DNA of 32,000 nt from Candidatus Fokinia solitaria (GCF_003072485.1 NZ_CP025989.1:180001-212000); one strand, 5' to 3'; positions 9,742 to 19,458 are shown, numbered from the stretch's first letter. The notes: generated from the letters alone by a model not told the origin. Numbers and translations: made by a program.

Positions 9742-10473
9742 ATGCTGAAATTAAGCAATCTGTGTAAGTTTTTTTCCGAAGAATTGGTACTTGATAATGT
9801 GACGCTTGAAGTAGAAAAAGGAACAATATGCGCTCTTATGGGCGCTAATGGTTCTGGTAAATCTACATTAATGAAATGTATTTCAGGTGAGTATGAGGTT
9901 AGCAGCGGAAAGATGTTATTTAGCGGGTGCGATGTTACGAAATCGAATACATTCAGAATGTTGAACACTAGTACCGTAACGCAGGATATTGCTAGTAGTT
10001 TAGTTGGTGAAATGACTGTGTTTGAAAACATCTTACTCGCTGTTGGTAAGAATCGAAGTGCAGGATTAAGATTTATTTCTCAAGATAAAGAGATGATATC
10101 TGATATCTTATCAGAAGTTGATATGGGGCTAGAAAAACGCATTTATGATAGAGTAGCAAATCTTTCTGGAGGACAAAAACAAGCGATAGCAACTGTTATG
10201 GCTATGATTAATATGCCTCCTTTGATATTGTTGGACGAGCATACAAGTGCACTTGATGTCAATACTCAGCAGAAAATACTCTCGTATACACTTTCGAAAA
10301 GTAAGAGAAATTCTTGTACAGTTATTATGATAACGCATAGCATTATGGAAGCGATGGAATATGGAGAACGCATTATTGTATTAAGCAAAGGAAAATTGAA
10401 GCACGATGTCTCGTTAAGTGAGAAAAGCTCTCTTACTTTTCATGAGTTGTCAGAGTTGTTGCGTGAGTACTGA
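9742..10473 (+). CDS. ABC transporter ATP-binding protein (start re-assigned from 9604)
   Basis: Walker A GANGSGKST, signature LSGGQKQ, Walker B LILLDEHTSALD. The ATG at 9742 (MLKLSNLCKFFSEELVLDNV) matches a normal ABC ATPase N-terminus; the ORF-track start at 9604 overlaps the hflK start. Confidence 0.88.
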   Translation: MLKLSNLCKFFSEELVLDNVTLEVEKGTICALMGANGSGKSTLMKCISGEYEVSSGKMLFSGCDVTKSNTFRMLNTSTVTQDIASSLVGEMTVFENILLAVGKNRSAGLRFISQDKEMISDILSEVDMGLEKRIYDRVANLSGGQKQAIATVMAMINMPPLILLDEHTSALDVNTQQKILSYTLSKSKRNSCTVIMITHSIMEAMEYGERIIVLSKGKLKHDVSLSEKSSLTFHELSELLREY

Positions 10474-10475
10474 AA

Positions 10476-11336
10476 ATGACATATATGATTACCGATTTAT
10501 TAAGTGTAGGTTTCCTACAAAGTTTAATCTTAGCAGTAGTATCGATTGGACTTGCTATTCCGTTTAGATTCATGAAGATACCTGATATGACGGTAGAAGG
10601 TGCTTATTTGCTTGGTGGAGCGTTGTGCTGTTCTTTTATAAGAGCACATGTTAATGAGTATATCGCAATAGTTGGATGTTTTATCGGTGGTGGTATTGCA
10701 GGAATGTTAACATGTACGATGATATTAAAATTGCGAATTGCATCACTGCTTGCCGGTATTATTACTAGTACAATGCTTTACAGCATATCGTTGTATATTC
10801 TAGGAGCGCCGAATGTACCGCTATTTCACTATCATACATCTTTAATTGGTGGAGATTACTGTATGAAAATTGGAATTGTAGCATTTATTCTAATTGCAAT
10901 ATCTGTTGCTTTGATAGCTTTTTTATTTACTGAAAAAGGGCTTAGAATGCGCGCTACGGGCTATAATATAAAATTTGCTAAAAAATACGGAATACCAGTG
11001 TCGCAATATTATATTCTTGCACTATTTCTAGGTAATGGGTTAAGTAGCGTCGCAGGCGCTATCACCACGCAAATTCAGTTATATAGCGATATTGGAATGG
11101 GCTTCGGCATTTTAGTACATGCACTTGTGTCGTTAATGCTTGGAGAAGTGATAATAGGAGGTATAGGGATTGTTAGACAAATATTAGGACCAATAATCGG
11201 CGCAGTCGTATATCAACAAATACAAGGAGTGGCAATGTTAGTTGGAGTTGCGCCATCATGTTTGAAATTGTTGACGGCTTTAATTTTGATACTACTTATT
11301 GCAATAAAGAGAAAAGATAAACTACTTCAAGTATAA
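10476..11336 (+). CDS. ABC transporter permease (branched-chain/TrpX-like inner membrane family)
   Basis: 286 aa, multi-spanning hydrophobic; IPDMTVEGAYLLGGALC, RIASLLAGIITSTMLYSISLYILGAPN; begins 2 nt after the ATPase stop codon. Confidence 0.8.
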   Translation: MTYMITDLLSVGFLQSLILAVVSIGLAIPFRFMKIPDMTVEGAYLLGGALCCSFIRAHVNEYIAIVGCFIGGGIAGMLTCTMILKLRIASLLAGIITSTMLYSISLYILGAPNVPLFHYHTSLIGGDYCMKIGIVAFILIAISVALIAFLFTEKGLRMRATGYNIKFAKKYGIPVSQYYILALFLGNGLSSVAGAITTQIQLYSDIGMGFGILVHALVSLMLGEVIIGGIGIVRQILGPIIGAVVYQQIQGVAMLVGVAPSCLKLLTALILILLIAIKRKDKLLQV

Positions 11337-11340
11337 TCGG

Positions 11341-12402
11341 TTACTGGTGAGCACTGAAAAGTGGTACCTCATTAAAGAGGCTTTTCTTGCATGATGCGTG
11401 TTTTATCAAAGTTTCTACGAAATTTAACACTCTGTCATACTGCCAAAGACACCATTCACTTGTGAAATGTGGTATCGCATATATATCAGAGATATATAGA
11501 TTTTCCTTTTCATCTATAAAAAAGCGAATTTGCGCAGTATCACAGAGTTTATACGTACGACATATGATTTGTACGCTGCGCTTTAGTTGTTCTAGAAGAT
11601 GTATTGAGAGGTTAGGCTGATACGATAGAACTTTATAGGGTACGTTATTATGAGAGTGAGTAATCCCACCTCTTATTTCAGATTCTACATAACTCATACT
11701 AATGATAGTAACTTCTGAATCTAAAATATGAAGTACTACATCAAGTTCTTCCCAGTGATGATATTTCTTCTCTAAACATAACTTATAATTTCCCGTGGTA
11801 ATGAAAGCTTTCAGTTTCTCGAACTCGTTATAATTATCAAAAGCGTAAAATTGCTGCGATATTTCACATTTCAATGATCTTGCGATGATGATACCTGCAC
11901 CGAGTAATGTATCGACATCTTCATATTTCGTCTCTTGATCAAGTATGACGTACTTTTTGCTTAGCACACCGAATGTACCCAATACTCTGTACATTATATC
12001 TCTGTTATAAAGTCCTAAAGTATCGCAGAGATTGTTTCCAATGTATTTCGTATTTGTGCACTCGATGATACTTTGTAGCATCATTGCGCCTTCATCATGC
12101 GGAGATATTAAGGAAAAAACTACTTCATATTTAAGAAAATGAGCGCCTGCAACGAACTTTAAGCCATCAGAAATGAATAACTGTACCTCTTGACAGTTCA
12201 ACATATTAATATCATTGAACTCCCTAAAAATGTTTAACTCAGAGTGATTGAGAAGATAGCATTTCTTAGAATGTGTAAGTGATACTATTGCAAAATTGAT
12301 GCCTCCTTTTTGCATGAGATTTGCAACGTTCTGTGCGGAAGCTATAGAAGTGTGATGATTAGAGTTAAAGCCTCCGCACAACAATAGTACGACACCTTGC
12401 AT
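11341..12402 (-). CDS. D-alanine--D-alanine ligase family (ATP-grasp) protein, apparently lacking catalytic motifs
   Basis: 353 aa; overall Ddl-like layout: VVLLLCGGFNSNHHTSIASAQNVANLM, ISPHDEGAMMLQSIIECTNTKYIGNN, AQIRFFIDEKENLYISDIYAIPHFTSEW. Key active-site residues do not match (see findings). Confidence 0.7.
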   Translation of the reverse strand: MQGVVLLLCGGFNSNHHTSIASAQNVANLMQKGGINFAIVSLTHSKKCYLLNHSELNIFREFNDINMLNCQEVQLFISDGLKFVAGAHFLKYEVVFSLISPHDEGAMMLQSIIECTNTKYIGNNLCDTLGLYNRDIMYRVLGTFGVLSKKYVILDQETKYEDVDTLLGAGIIIARSLKCEISQQFYAFDNYNEFEKLKAFITTGNYKLCLEKKYHHWEELDVVLHILDSEVTIISMSYVESEIRGGITHSHNNVPYKVLSYQPNLSIHLLEQLKRSVQIICRTYKLCDTAQIRFFIDEKENLYISDIYAIPHFTSEWCLWQYDRVLNFVETLIKHASCKKSLFNEVPLFSAHQ

Positions 12403-12666
12403 CCCACAAAATCACCTATAAAAAGAGTACAATAGTTACATACGTTAATCAAAACATTCGTGCAAGAACTTTCGAACATATGGCCTTGAGAAGAGTGCGT
12501 CACTGATATCACGATGTTATGGTATATCCACAATACGTTACGTCATTTTAGATATACTGCTTCATACTAATCATTAAATTAGAATTATGTTATTGTACAA
12601 TCATTACCATATTCATCAGTTGCAGATACATTGCATTATCTCGCTAAATACCATCAAAATCGGTAA

Positions 12667-13464
12667 TTACGCTAGTACTCGTATGCTACCGGTGCGTAAC
12701 TTTATCACTGTGCGTTTATGATTCTCCTCAACTTGTAGAAGCATTTCTCCCGCCATATTTATGCCGAGAAATTTCCCTATCTTCGTCGTGTTGTTATTAT
12801 TTCTCCATGTAACGTCTTTTCCTAGATATTCTGCTCTTTGCATCCATAATTTTTTTATTGGTGTAAATCCGTGTTCTTTCCACAGTTTATACATTTTCCT
12901 TAACTCGTATAGTATCCTTTTCTCAAGTTGAATTTTATTTACCTGTAGGCCTTCGTTTTCAATTGATGTGGCTTTATACGGCATATTGCATTGTTCGTGT
13001 AATTCAACAAGATTTGGAAAGTGCTTTATATTTATACCAATTCCAACAAGTAGAAACTGATTTCGATATATCTCGCATAATATGCCGCAGCACTTTTTAT
13101 AATTTAATAAAATATCGTTTACCCATTTATACGATAATCTTATATGTTCTAATGCGCATTCTTGCGCTATTGCTTCTCCTACGGAGATTGCACCAATATA
13201 AGAGAACTGCGGTATAGAGTCTGTACTCATACTCGGATCTAAGCGAAAAGCGACAGTCATGAACAAGTTACCGTTCTTTCCTATCCAGCTATTGCTTCCT
13301 GTGCCAATGCCATCAACTTGTGCATCTGCAATTACCACAAATTCACGCTCTACCTCGCTGAAAGCAATAAGCTTCCTTGCATACAGTTGCGTGCTATCTA
13401 CAGTTTTTAACCTAAATATCTGAAAATCCGCATCATACACTACATCGTCAATCTCGGTACTCAT
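12667..13464 (-). CDS. birA: Biotin--[acetyl-CoA-carboxylase] ligase (no HTH domain)
   Basis: 265 aa; LKTVDSTQLYARK, LSYKWVNDILLNYKKCCGILCEI and FLLVGIGINI are biotin-protein ligase motifs; the biotinyl-AMP loop reads GIGTGSNSW. Confidence 0.88.
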   Translation of the reverse strand: MSTEIDDVVYDADFQIFRLKTVDSTQLYARKLIAFSEVEREFVVIADAQVDGIGTGSNSWIGKNGNLFMTVAFRLDPSMSTDSIPQFSYIGAISVGEAIAQECALEHIRLSYKWVNDILLNYKKCCGILCEIYRNQFLLVGIGINIKHFPNLVELHEQCNMPYKATSIENEGLQVNKIQLEKRILYELRKMYKLWKEHGFTPIKKLWMQRAEYLGKDVTWRNNNNTTKIGKFLGINMAGEMLLQVEENHKRTVIKLRTGSIRVLA

Positions 13465-13471
13465 ATATATG

Positions 13472-14329
13472 CTACTCCTTCAGTTGCATGCGTACGAATT
13501 TTGCTACTTTTACGTTTCCTTTTATATCTGACAGAACTTCAGAAATCTTCTTAGAGTTATCTACGATAAATTTCTGTTCTAGTAGTACTGATTCTTCATA
13601 CACTTTTTGCATTCTCCCTGCGACGATTTTTTGTATAATACTCTCAGGTTTTCCAGCTTTTTTAGCTTCTTCTTCTGCTGTAGCTTTCTCTTTTTCGATG
13701 AAATCGGTAGGTATTGATTGAATATCTACAGAGACAGGAGACGCAGCTGCTATATGCATTGCGATGTTTTTTCCAAGTGTTTCAATTGCTTCGCTTTTTA
13801 CATCAGAATCGATAGCAACGATGGAGCATATCGTACCGCAATCACTACCCATATTACCGTGAATATATTTGTATAATTTTCCTGAACTATTGGCAATAAA
13901 AGTCACTTTACTTACTACGATATTTTCTCTTAAAGAAGCTGCTAATTCTTCAAGAATGTTTCTTACTCCTACTCCGTTATAGGTATATCCAAGAATTGTA
14001 TCGATGTCGTCGCTAGGGGCATTATTAAGTACTATGTTTGCAATTTGAGAGGCGCCTTTTAGAAAAGCTTCGCTTCTCGCGACGAAATCAGTTTCACACT
14101 GTATCCTTGCTACTACCGCTTTCTTTCGATCTTCACTCATGCTAAGGCATACTACTCCTTCCTTTGTTGCTCTATCGGCGTTCTTTGATAGTATCGCAGC
14201 ACCGCTTTTCTTCAAAAACTCTGCCGCTTTGTTGAGATCGCCATTACATTCTTTTAGCGCTTTTTGACACTCAGAGATTGGCGCTTGAGTCATACCACGG
14301 AGAGTCTTGATTAGATCGTTTATATTCAT
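13472..14329 (-). CDS. tsf: Elongation factor Ts
   Basis: 285 aa; LRGMTQAPISECQKALKECNGDLNKAAEFLKKSG and QIECETDFVARSEAF-type motifs. Confidence 0.95.
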   Translation of the reverse strand: MNINDLIKTLRGMTQAPISECQKALKECNGDLNKAAEFLKKSGAAILSKNADRATKEGVVCLSMSEDRKKAVVARIQCETDFVARSEAFLKGASQIANIVLNNAPSDDIDTILGYTYNGVGVRNILEELAASLRENIVVSKVTFIANSSGKLYKYIHGNMGSDCGTICSIVAIDSDVKSEAIETLGKNIAMHIAAASPVSVDIQSIPTDFIEKEKATAEEEAKKAGKPESIIQKIVAGRMQKVYEESVLLEQKFIVDNSKKISEVLSDIKGNVKVAKFVRMQLKE

Positions 14330-14403
14330 ATGCGTTCTATTGACATGTCATAAGTATAGTTTAAGTATAGCACTAACTGCAAATAGTCAAGTATTCTTGA
14401 AAA

Positions 14404-15183
14404 GTGAGCAAGTATAGAAAGTTGTTTTTACCCGCGCAAGATTTCTCTTTGAATGAGAATATACAGCTATCAGATTTGGATTCTAATCATATCAAAAATG
14501 TTTTAAGACAGGAGATTGGTGACGAGATACTAGTGCTAAATGAGACTGGAGATAGATGGCTTGCTTGTATCGAGGAAATAAGAAAAAAAGTCATAATTCG
14601 GATAACTGAAAAGCTTGAAAATCATAGTATTGGCGCTGTATATGGTAGTACTCATATAATATTCTGCCCTATAAAATCGTATAATCTTCAGTTTTTTATC
14701 TCTAAAATTGTGGAATGCGAAGTGGAGAAAGTGACAATTATGTTATCAGAACGTACTGTTTGCAGAAAAATACCGGAAAAAAAGATACCTATTTATGTTA
14801 AAGGTGCGGTAGAGCAGTCTGATAATATTAAGATACCTATTGTAAGGATTTCAAATACTTTTGCCGAAGCTGTTAGCGAAGTGATATCTTCTGATGTGCT
14901 GGTAGTGTTATTACATACTCAGTTGTTGCAGTACCAACATGTTCATCAGTTTCAAAAATTTCAGCACTTGAATGAGTATGTAGTAGAAAATCATATAAAA
15001 GATGTCGTTTTTATCGTAGGAGCCGAAGGTGGATGGTCAGAAAATGAAATGCGTTCCTTTGCATCTTTAGCAAAGCAATCTCCTCATATTGGCGTATGGA
15101 AAGTTGGCAATAGTGTAATGAGAGCTGAAACAGCTTTCATGTCAGCGTTGTGTGCTTCCAACATACTTATGAAAAAATGGTAA
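14404..15183 (+). CDS. rsmE: 16S rRNA (uracil(1498)-N(3))-methyltransferase
   Basis: 259 aa; HIKNVLRQEIGDEILVLNETGD N-terminal PUA-like region; VGAEGGWSENE and VMRAETAFMSAL knot motifs. Confidence 0.87.
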   Translation: MSKYRKLFLPAQDFSLNENIQLSDLDSNHIKNVLRQEIGDEILVLNETGDRWLACIEEIRKKVIIRITEKLENHSIGAVYGSTHIIFCPIKSYNLQFFISKIVECEVEKVTIMLSERTVCRKIPEKKIPIYVKGAVEQSDNIKIPIVRISNTFAEAVSEVISSDVLVVLLHTQLLQYQHVHQFQKFQHLNEYVVENHIKDVVFIVGAEGGWSENEMRSFASLAKQSPHIGVWKVGNSVMRAETAFMSALCASNILMKKW

Positions 15184-15258
15184 AATTAGTTCGAATGCGT
15201 AATGACTTTAATTACGTCATTTTATAGAATTCAGTCATAATTTTTGAATTGCTGAATT

Positions 15259-15750
15259 ATGGTAAGGACTGCAGTATACCCTGGTACATTTGATCCATTT
15301 ACAAACGGGCATCTCGGTGTCTTGTTACGTGCCGTTAAACTTTTTGATAAGATAATAGTAGCAGTAGCATCGGATACTGAGAAAAGATTGCTTTTTTCAG
15401 TGGAAAAAAGAGTATCTATGGTCAAAAGTACGATTGCGCCGTATCGTGAGATAAATGTCGAAGTCTTACCTTTGCCGCCAAAAGTTTTGGTAAATTTCGC
15501 TTATGAGCATGACGTTATCGCGATTGTACGCGGAGTTAGATCTTCGATTGATTTGGAGTATGAGTTTAAGATGGCGCATGTGAATAGCGTTTTAAATAAA
15601 GACATCATTACTGTATTCTTACCCTCTGCGAGTGACTCAAACTTCGTTTCGTCTTCCGCTGTCAAGGAAATTGCGAGGTTTAATGGAGAATTAAAGCCCT
15701 TCGTTTCAAAGGAAGTTGAAGACGAATTGAGAAAAGCTTATCAAAAATAA
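15259..15750 (+). CDS. coaD: Phosphopantetheine adenylyltransferase
   Basis: 163 aa; AVYPGTFDPFTNGHLGVLLRA, IVRGVRSSIDLEYEFKMAHVN, FVSSSAVKEIARF. Confidence 0.95.
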   Translation: MVRTAVYPGTFDPFTNGHLGVLLRAVKLFDKIIVAVASDTEKRLLFSVEKRVSMVKSTIAPYREINVEVLPLPPKVLVNFAYEHDVIAIVRGVRSSIDLEYEFKMAHVNSVLNKDIITVFLPSASDSNFVSSSAVKEIARFNGELKPFVSKEVEDELRKAYQK

Positions 15751-15769
15751 AATTAAGTTTTTACAGATT

Positions 15770-16825
15770 ATGCAAGAGTTTCTAGAGCTATTATCCGAAG
15801 CACTATCAAATTTTAGAGAAGAAATATGCCGTGTTACGACAACGGAGGAGGTAGAAGGTATAAGAGTGAAGTATTTAGGTAGAAGTGGCGCTATTTCAAG
15901 CATTGCATCTTCAATTGCGAAAGTGCGCGATCAGGACAGAAAGCAATTCGGACAGGCAGTTAATACTGCTATCAAAGAGGTAAATGATGCCATTTTAGAG
16001 CTGAAAAATCGTTTGAAGGTTTTGGAAGCAGATGTAAAAATGAAGAAAGAAGAAATAGATGTGACAATTCCTGGTAGATTAAGCGGTAATTATATAGGTA
16101 GCGAGCATATAGTATCTTCCACAATACAAAATGTGACGGAGATATTTAAAATTTTAGGATATGGCATGTTAGAAGGTACAGAAGTAGAAAATGATTGGTA
16201 TAATTTTACTGCGCTTAATATGCCAGAAGGACATCCTGCGCGAAATATGCATGATACTTTCTATGTATCACATTCAACTAATGGACTTTTATTACGTACT
16301 CACACTACTACTACTCAAATTAGATACTTAAGTGATGAAAAGACTTTACCTTGCAAGAAAGCTTCAATTGGTAAAGTCTATCGTTCTGATTACGATGCAA
16401 CTCACACACCGATGTTTCATCAATATGAGTGCTTCAATGTACAGTGTGAAAATGTAAGCGTTGTAGATATGATACGATTTGTAAAAGCATTTTTATCAAT
16501 GTTTTTTCAGACTTCTGATCTTCCAATTAGATTTCGCTCATCTTACTTTCCGTTCACAGAGCCGTCTTTTGAGGTAGATCTAAAATGCTTTATAGATCAG
16601 GATAGCGGATCTATTCAGTATCACAAAGAAGGTAATAAATGGATAGAGCTTTTAGGCTGTGGCTTGATACATAGAAATGTACTTACTGCATGTCAGATCG
16701 ATTCGAAAAAAGTTCGCGGCTTTGCGCTAGGAGGCGGTATAGAAAGGCTTGCGATGCTAAAGCATCAAATTTGCGATATAAGACAGTTCTTCAATTCTGA
16801 TTATAGGTGGCTTACAGGGTTATAG
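15770..16825 (+). CDS. pheS: Phenylalanine--tRNA ligase subunit alpha
   Basis: 351 aa; GHPARNMHDTFYV, LLRTHTTTTQIRYL, GKVYRSDYDATHTPMFHQYE, RSSYFPFTEPSFEVD, GGIERLAMLKHQICDIR. Confidence 0.96.
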   Translation: MQEFLELLSEALSNFREEICRVTTTEEVEGIRVKYLGRSGAISSIASSIAKVRDQDRKQFGQAVNTAIKEVNDAILELKNRLKVLEADVKMKKEEIDVTIPGRLSGNYIGSEHIVSSTIQNVTEIFKILGYGMLEGTEVENDWYNFTALNMPEGHPARNMHDTFYVSHSTNGLLLRTHTTTTQIRYLSDEKTLPCKKASIGKVYRSDYDATHTPMFHQYECFNVQCENVSVVDMIRFVKAFLSMFFQTSDLPIRFRSSYFPFTEPSFEVDLKCFIDQDSGSIQYHKEGNKWIELLGCGLIHRNVLTACQIDSKKVRGFALGGGIERLAMLKHQICDIRQFFNSDYRWLTGL

Positions 16826-16836
16826 TAACGTTAGCG

Positions 16837-17520
16837 CTAAATTCTACTATCTCCGAAGTTTCTTTTCCTTGTTCTGTAGTACAGAATTGCTTCTTCTAGT
16901 TCTTTACTACTGAAATCCGGCCATAACGTATCTGTAAAATACAGTTCAGAGAAAGTTGAAAGCCATGTCATGAAACCGCTTAGTCTTTTATCTCCTCCAG
17001 TGCGGATCATTAGATCCATTTCGGGGATGTTATGCGGATTGATATATTTATTCAAATCTTCCATTACGAGATTATCATCTCGATGCTTTGCTAGTAATGT
17101 TTTTACACCATTGTAGATTTCATGTTTGCCATCGTAGTTTAATGCGATATATAGTCGCATGCTTCCTTCATTTCTAGTTTTCTCCGCTAAAGCAATCTTA
17201 CTTTTGATAGAATCGCTTAAGCTGCTAATTTCTCCTATAAAGGTGATTTTCACTGTTAAACATACGTCTAGAAGGTTATCGATAAATTGTTCGCCTATAC
17301 TCATTATCAGATCTACGACGCTTTTATTACGTTTCCAATTATTTATGGAAAATGCAAAGAGAGTAAGATGCTTTATTTCGATTCTTATACATTCTTTGAT
17401 AGTGTTGATTGCGACTTCCGCTCCTCTCGAATATGAGTCTTTCAGATTGATGCAATTTCTCGTACTCCATCTGCCATTTCCGTCCATTATAATCCCTACG
17501 TGCTCAGGAATGCTGTTCAT
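16837..17520 (-). CDS. uppS: Isoprenyl transferase (undecaprenyl diphosphate synthase family); start moved from 17583
   Basis: MNSIPEHVGIIMDGNGRWSTRN, NRKRGA-like RGAEVAINTIKEC, LMIRTGGDKRLSGFMTW, ELYFTDTLWPDF. The ORF-track start at 17583 lies inside the tRNA gene; the Met at 17520 fits family N-termini. Confidence 0.92.
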   Translation of the reverse strand: MNSIPEHVGIIMDGNGRWSTRNCINLKDSYSRGAEVAINTIKECIRIEIKHLTLFAFSINNWKRNKSVVDLIMSIGEQFIDNLLDVCLTVKITFIGEISSLSDSIKSKIALAEKTRNEGSMRLYIALNYDGKHEIYNGVKTLLAKHRDDNLVMEDLNKYINPHNIPEMDLMIRTGGDKRLSGFMTWLSTFSELYFTDTLWPDFSSKELEEAILYYRTRKRNFGDSRI

Positions 17521-17553
17521 ATTATCGTGAGAAAAATGCTTGCATGGAGTAAG

Positions 17554-17640
17554 TGGTGCGATCGAAAAGACTCGAACTTTCAATTCCTTGCGGAAACAAC
17601 GACCTCAACGTTGCGTGTCTACCAATTCCACCACGATCGC
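17554..17640 (-). tRNA. tRNA-Leu, anticodon GAG, CCA encoded
   Basis: Reverse complement reads GCGATCGTGGTGGAATTGGTAGACACGCAACGTTGAGGTCGTTGTTTCCGCAAGGAATTGAAAGTTCGAGTCTTTTCGATCGCACCA: 7 bp acceptor stem GCGATCG/CGATCGC, anticodon stem CAACG/CGTTG around loop TTGAGGT, short variable arm consistent with class II, TTCGAGT T-loop, 3' CCA. Confidence 0.95.
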
Positions 17641-17720
17641 ATTATCTCAGATACTAACCATAAGACTTCAATTCTTCAACTATGATTTTAGCATGCAATC
17701 TCTCATTGTGAGTTATGACT

Positions 17721-18365
17721 TTATAATGCTGTAAAGCGATTGGTATCAGCTTTGTATTCTAGCATTTCACCTGTTGCAATATCAAAAAGCCATCCATGTA
17801 TGAATAGCTTTTGCTGCATTACTCTTTCTTTTATCCAAGGAAATGTATGAAGATTTTGTATAGATTTTACAATACCGCGTTCTTCACATAGCAAAATCTT
17901 CTCCTCTATCGACATCGAAATACCATCATTTTCTACTTCTCTTTTTACATCTTCGAAAATACTCATCCATTTTTCCAAAAATGCCATGCTGTTGTTATTA
18001 CGATACTTGGTAGTCATAAGTTTTTCGATACCTCCACATTTTCTATGTCCAAGTATTAGTATGTGCGCGATATTTAAAGCAGTTACTCCGAATTCTAATG
18101 CTGCACTAGTACCGTGATAATTTCCATCTTTCTCATACGGCGGTACTATATTAGCTACGTTTCGTATTACAAATATCTCACCTGGTGAGCATTGCATTAT
18201 AATAGATGGCTCTACTCGAGAGTCTGAGCATGATATTACTAACACGCTTGGATTTTGATTTTGTTGATATAACTTACTAAATAATTCTTTATGTTGCGGT
18301 AAATAGGTGTTTTTAAAAATGTGATATCCTTCTCTGAGATTCTCGATATTTTTCCTTCTGTTCAT
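17721..18365 (-). CDS. Beta-class carbonic anhydrase
   Basis: 214 aa; VISCSDSRVEPSIIMQCSPGEIFVIRNVANIVPPY, GTSAALEFGV and ILGHRKCGGI zinc-ligand motifs. Confidence 0.93.
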   Translation of the reverse strand: MNRRKNIENLREGYHIFKNTYLPQHKELFSKLYQQNQNPSVLVISCSDSRVEPSIIMQCSPGEIFVIRNVANIVPPYEKDGNYHGTSAALEFGVTALNIAHILILGHRKCGGIEKLMTTKYRNNNSMAFLEKWMSIFEDVKREVENDGISMSIEEKILLCEERGIVKSIQNLHTFPWIKERVMQQKLFIHGWLFDIATGEMLEYKADTNRFTAL

Positions 18366-18462
18366 ACTGTTATGATAATATGATATCTTCGAAACTTTAT
18401 AAATTTGACCGTGCTTACAGATAGTAGTAGGCTATAACAATAATTTTCGTTTAAAGTCAAAT

Positions 18463-19458
18463 ATGTTCTTTATAGATGAAGTGAAGATACATCTGAAAGC
18501 TGGTGATGGAGGTAATGGAGCGGTGAGTTTTCATAGAGCAAAGTTTATTGAGTTTGGCGGACCAGATGGAGGTAATGGAGGTAGTGGAGGCAACATAGTT
18601 TTGATTGCAGATGATAGTATGACTACGTTAGCTAGTTTTCGTTATAAGCAACATTTCATAAGTACTAATGGTGCTAATGGAAGTGGTAATAATAAGACTG
18701 GTGTGAGTGGTGATGATTTAATTATTACAGTGCCGACAGGTACTCAAGTATTTGATGACACATATTCATATTTAATGCATGATTTAGAAAAAGACGGAGA
18801 GAGAGTGATGATAGCTAAAGGTGGTTTAGGAGGTGCAGGTAATGCGTGTTTCAAGAGTTCTACGTCGCGCGCACCTACGAAAGCAATAAAAGGAAAAAAA
18901 GGTGATACATTTTCAATATGGCTTAGTTTAAAGCTTCTTTCAGATATAGGTATTATTGGACTTCCTAATGCGGGAAAGTCCACATTTCTTTCAATGGTGA
19001 CTGATGCAAAGCCGAAAGTACGCGATTATCCATTTACTACTCTTTCGCCTCAACTTGGAGTATTTAGAATAGATATGAATACAGAAGTTGTACTTGCTGA
19101 TATACCTGGACTAATAGAAGGTGCGAGTGAAGGTTTAGGCTTAGGAGATAGATTTTTGAAGCACATTGAAAGATGTAATGTGCTAATACATGTTGTAGAT
19201 GCCACAGATCAGGATCCAATTGCTTCATATTATACCATACGTAATGAGCTTGCAAAATACTCTCCAACTCTTGTGGAGAAGAAAGAATTAGTAGTGCTTA
19301 GTAAATGCGATCTGATTTCAGAGGATGCAGTTACCGTATTGCAAAATACTTTTATAAATAGTATCTCACGTGAAGTAATGCAGTGTACGTATGTAGCACG
19401 TGATACAATGCGTAAAGCAATTCTGAAAGCTATAGAATTAATTGAGTGCCATGATTAA
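18463..19458 (+). CDS. obgE: GTPase Obg/CgtA
   Basis: 331 aa; FIDEVKIHLKAGDGGNGAVSFHRAKF glycine-rich Obg fold and GLPNAGKSTFLSMVTDAKPKVRDYPFTTLSPQLG. Confidence 0.96.
   Translation: MFFIDEVKIHLKAGDGGNGAVSFHRAKFIEFGGPDGGNGGSGGNIVLIADDSMTTLASFRYKQHFISTNGANGSGNNKTGVSGDDLIITVPTGTQVFDDTYSYLMHDLEKDGERVMIAKGGLGGAGNACFKSSTSRAPTKAIKGKKGDTFSIWLSLKLLSDIGIIGLPNAGKSTFLSMVTDAKPKVRDYPFTTLSPQLGVFRIDMNTEVVLADIPGLIEGASEGLGLGDRFLKHIERCNVLIHVVDATDQDPIASYYTIRNELAKYSPTLVEKKELVVLSKCDLISEDAVTVLQNTFINSISREVMQCTYVARDTMRKAILKAIELIECHD

Noticed and set aside
9597-10031. 144 aa minus-strand ORF
   Set aside because: Antisense to the conserved ABC ATPase N-terminal half; shadow ORF.
12403-12666. 264 nt gap with a 63 aa minus ORF (12342-12533) checked for tRNA or ncRNA
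   Set aside because: No cloverleaf, T-loop consensus or clear stem found by eye; left unannotated.
17521-17583. N-terminal extension of uppS in the ORF track
   Set aside because: Starts inside the tRNA-Leu gene; the family N-terminus fits the Met at 17520.
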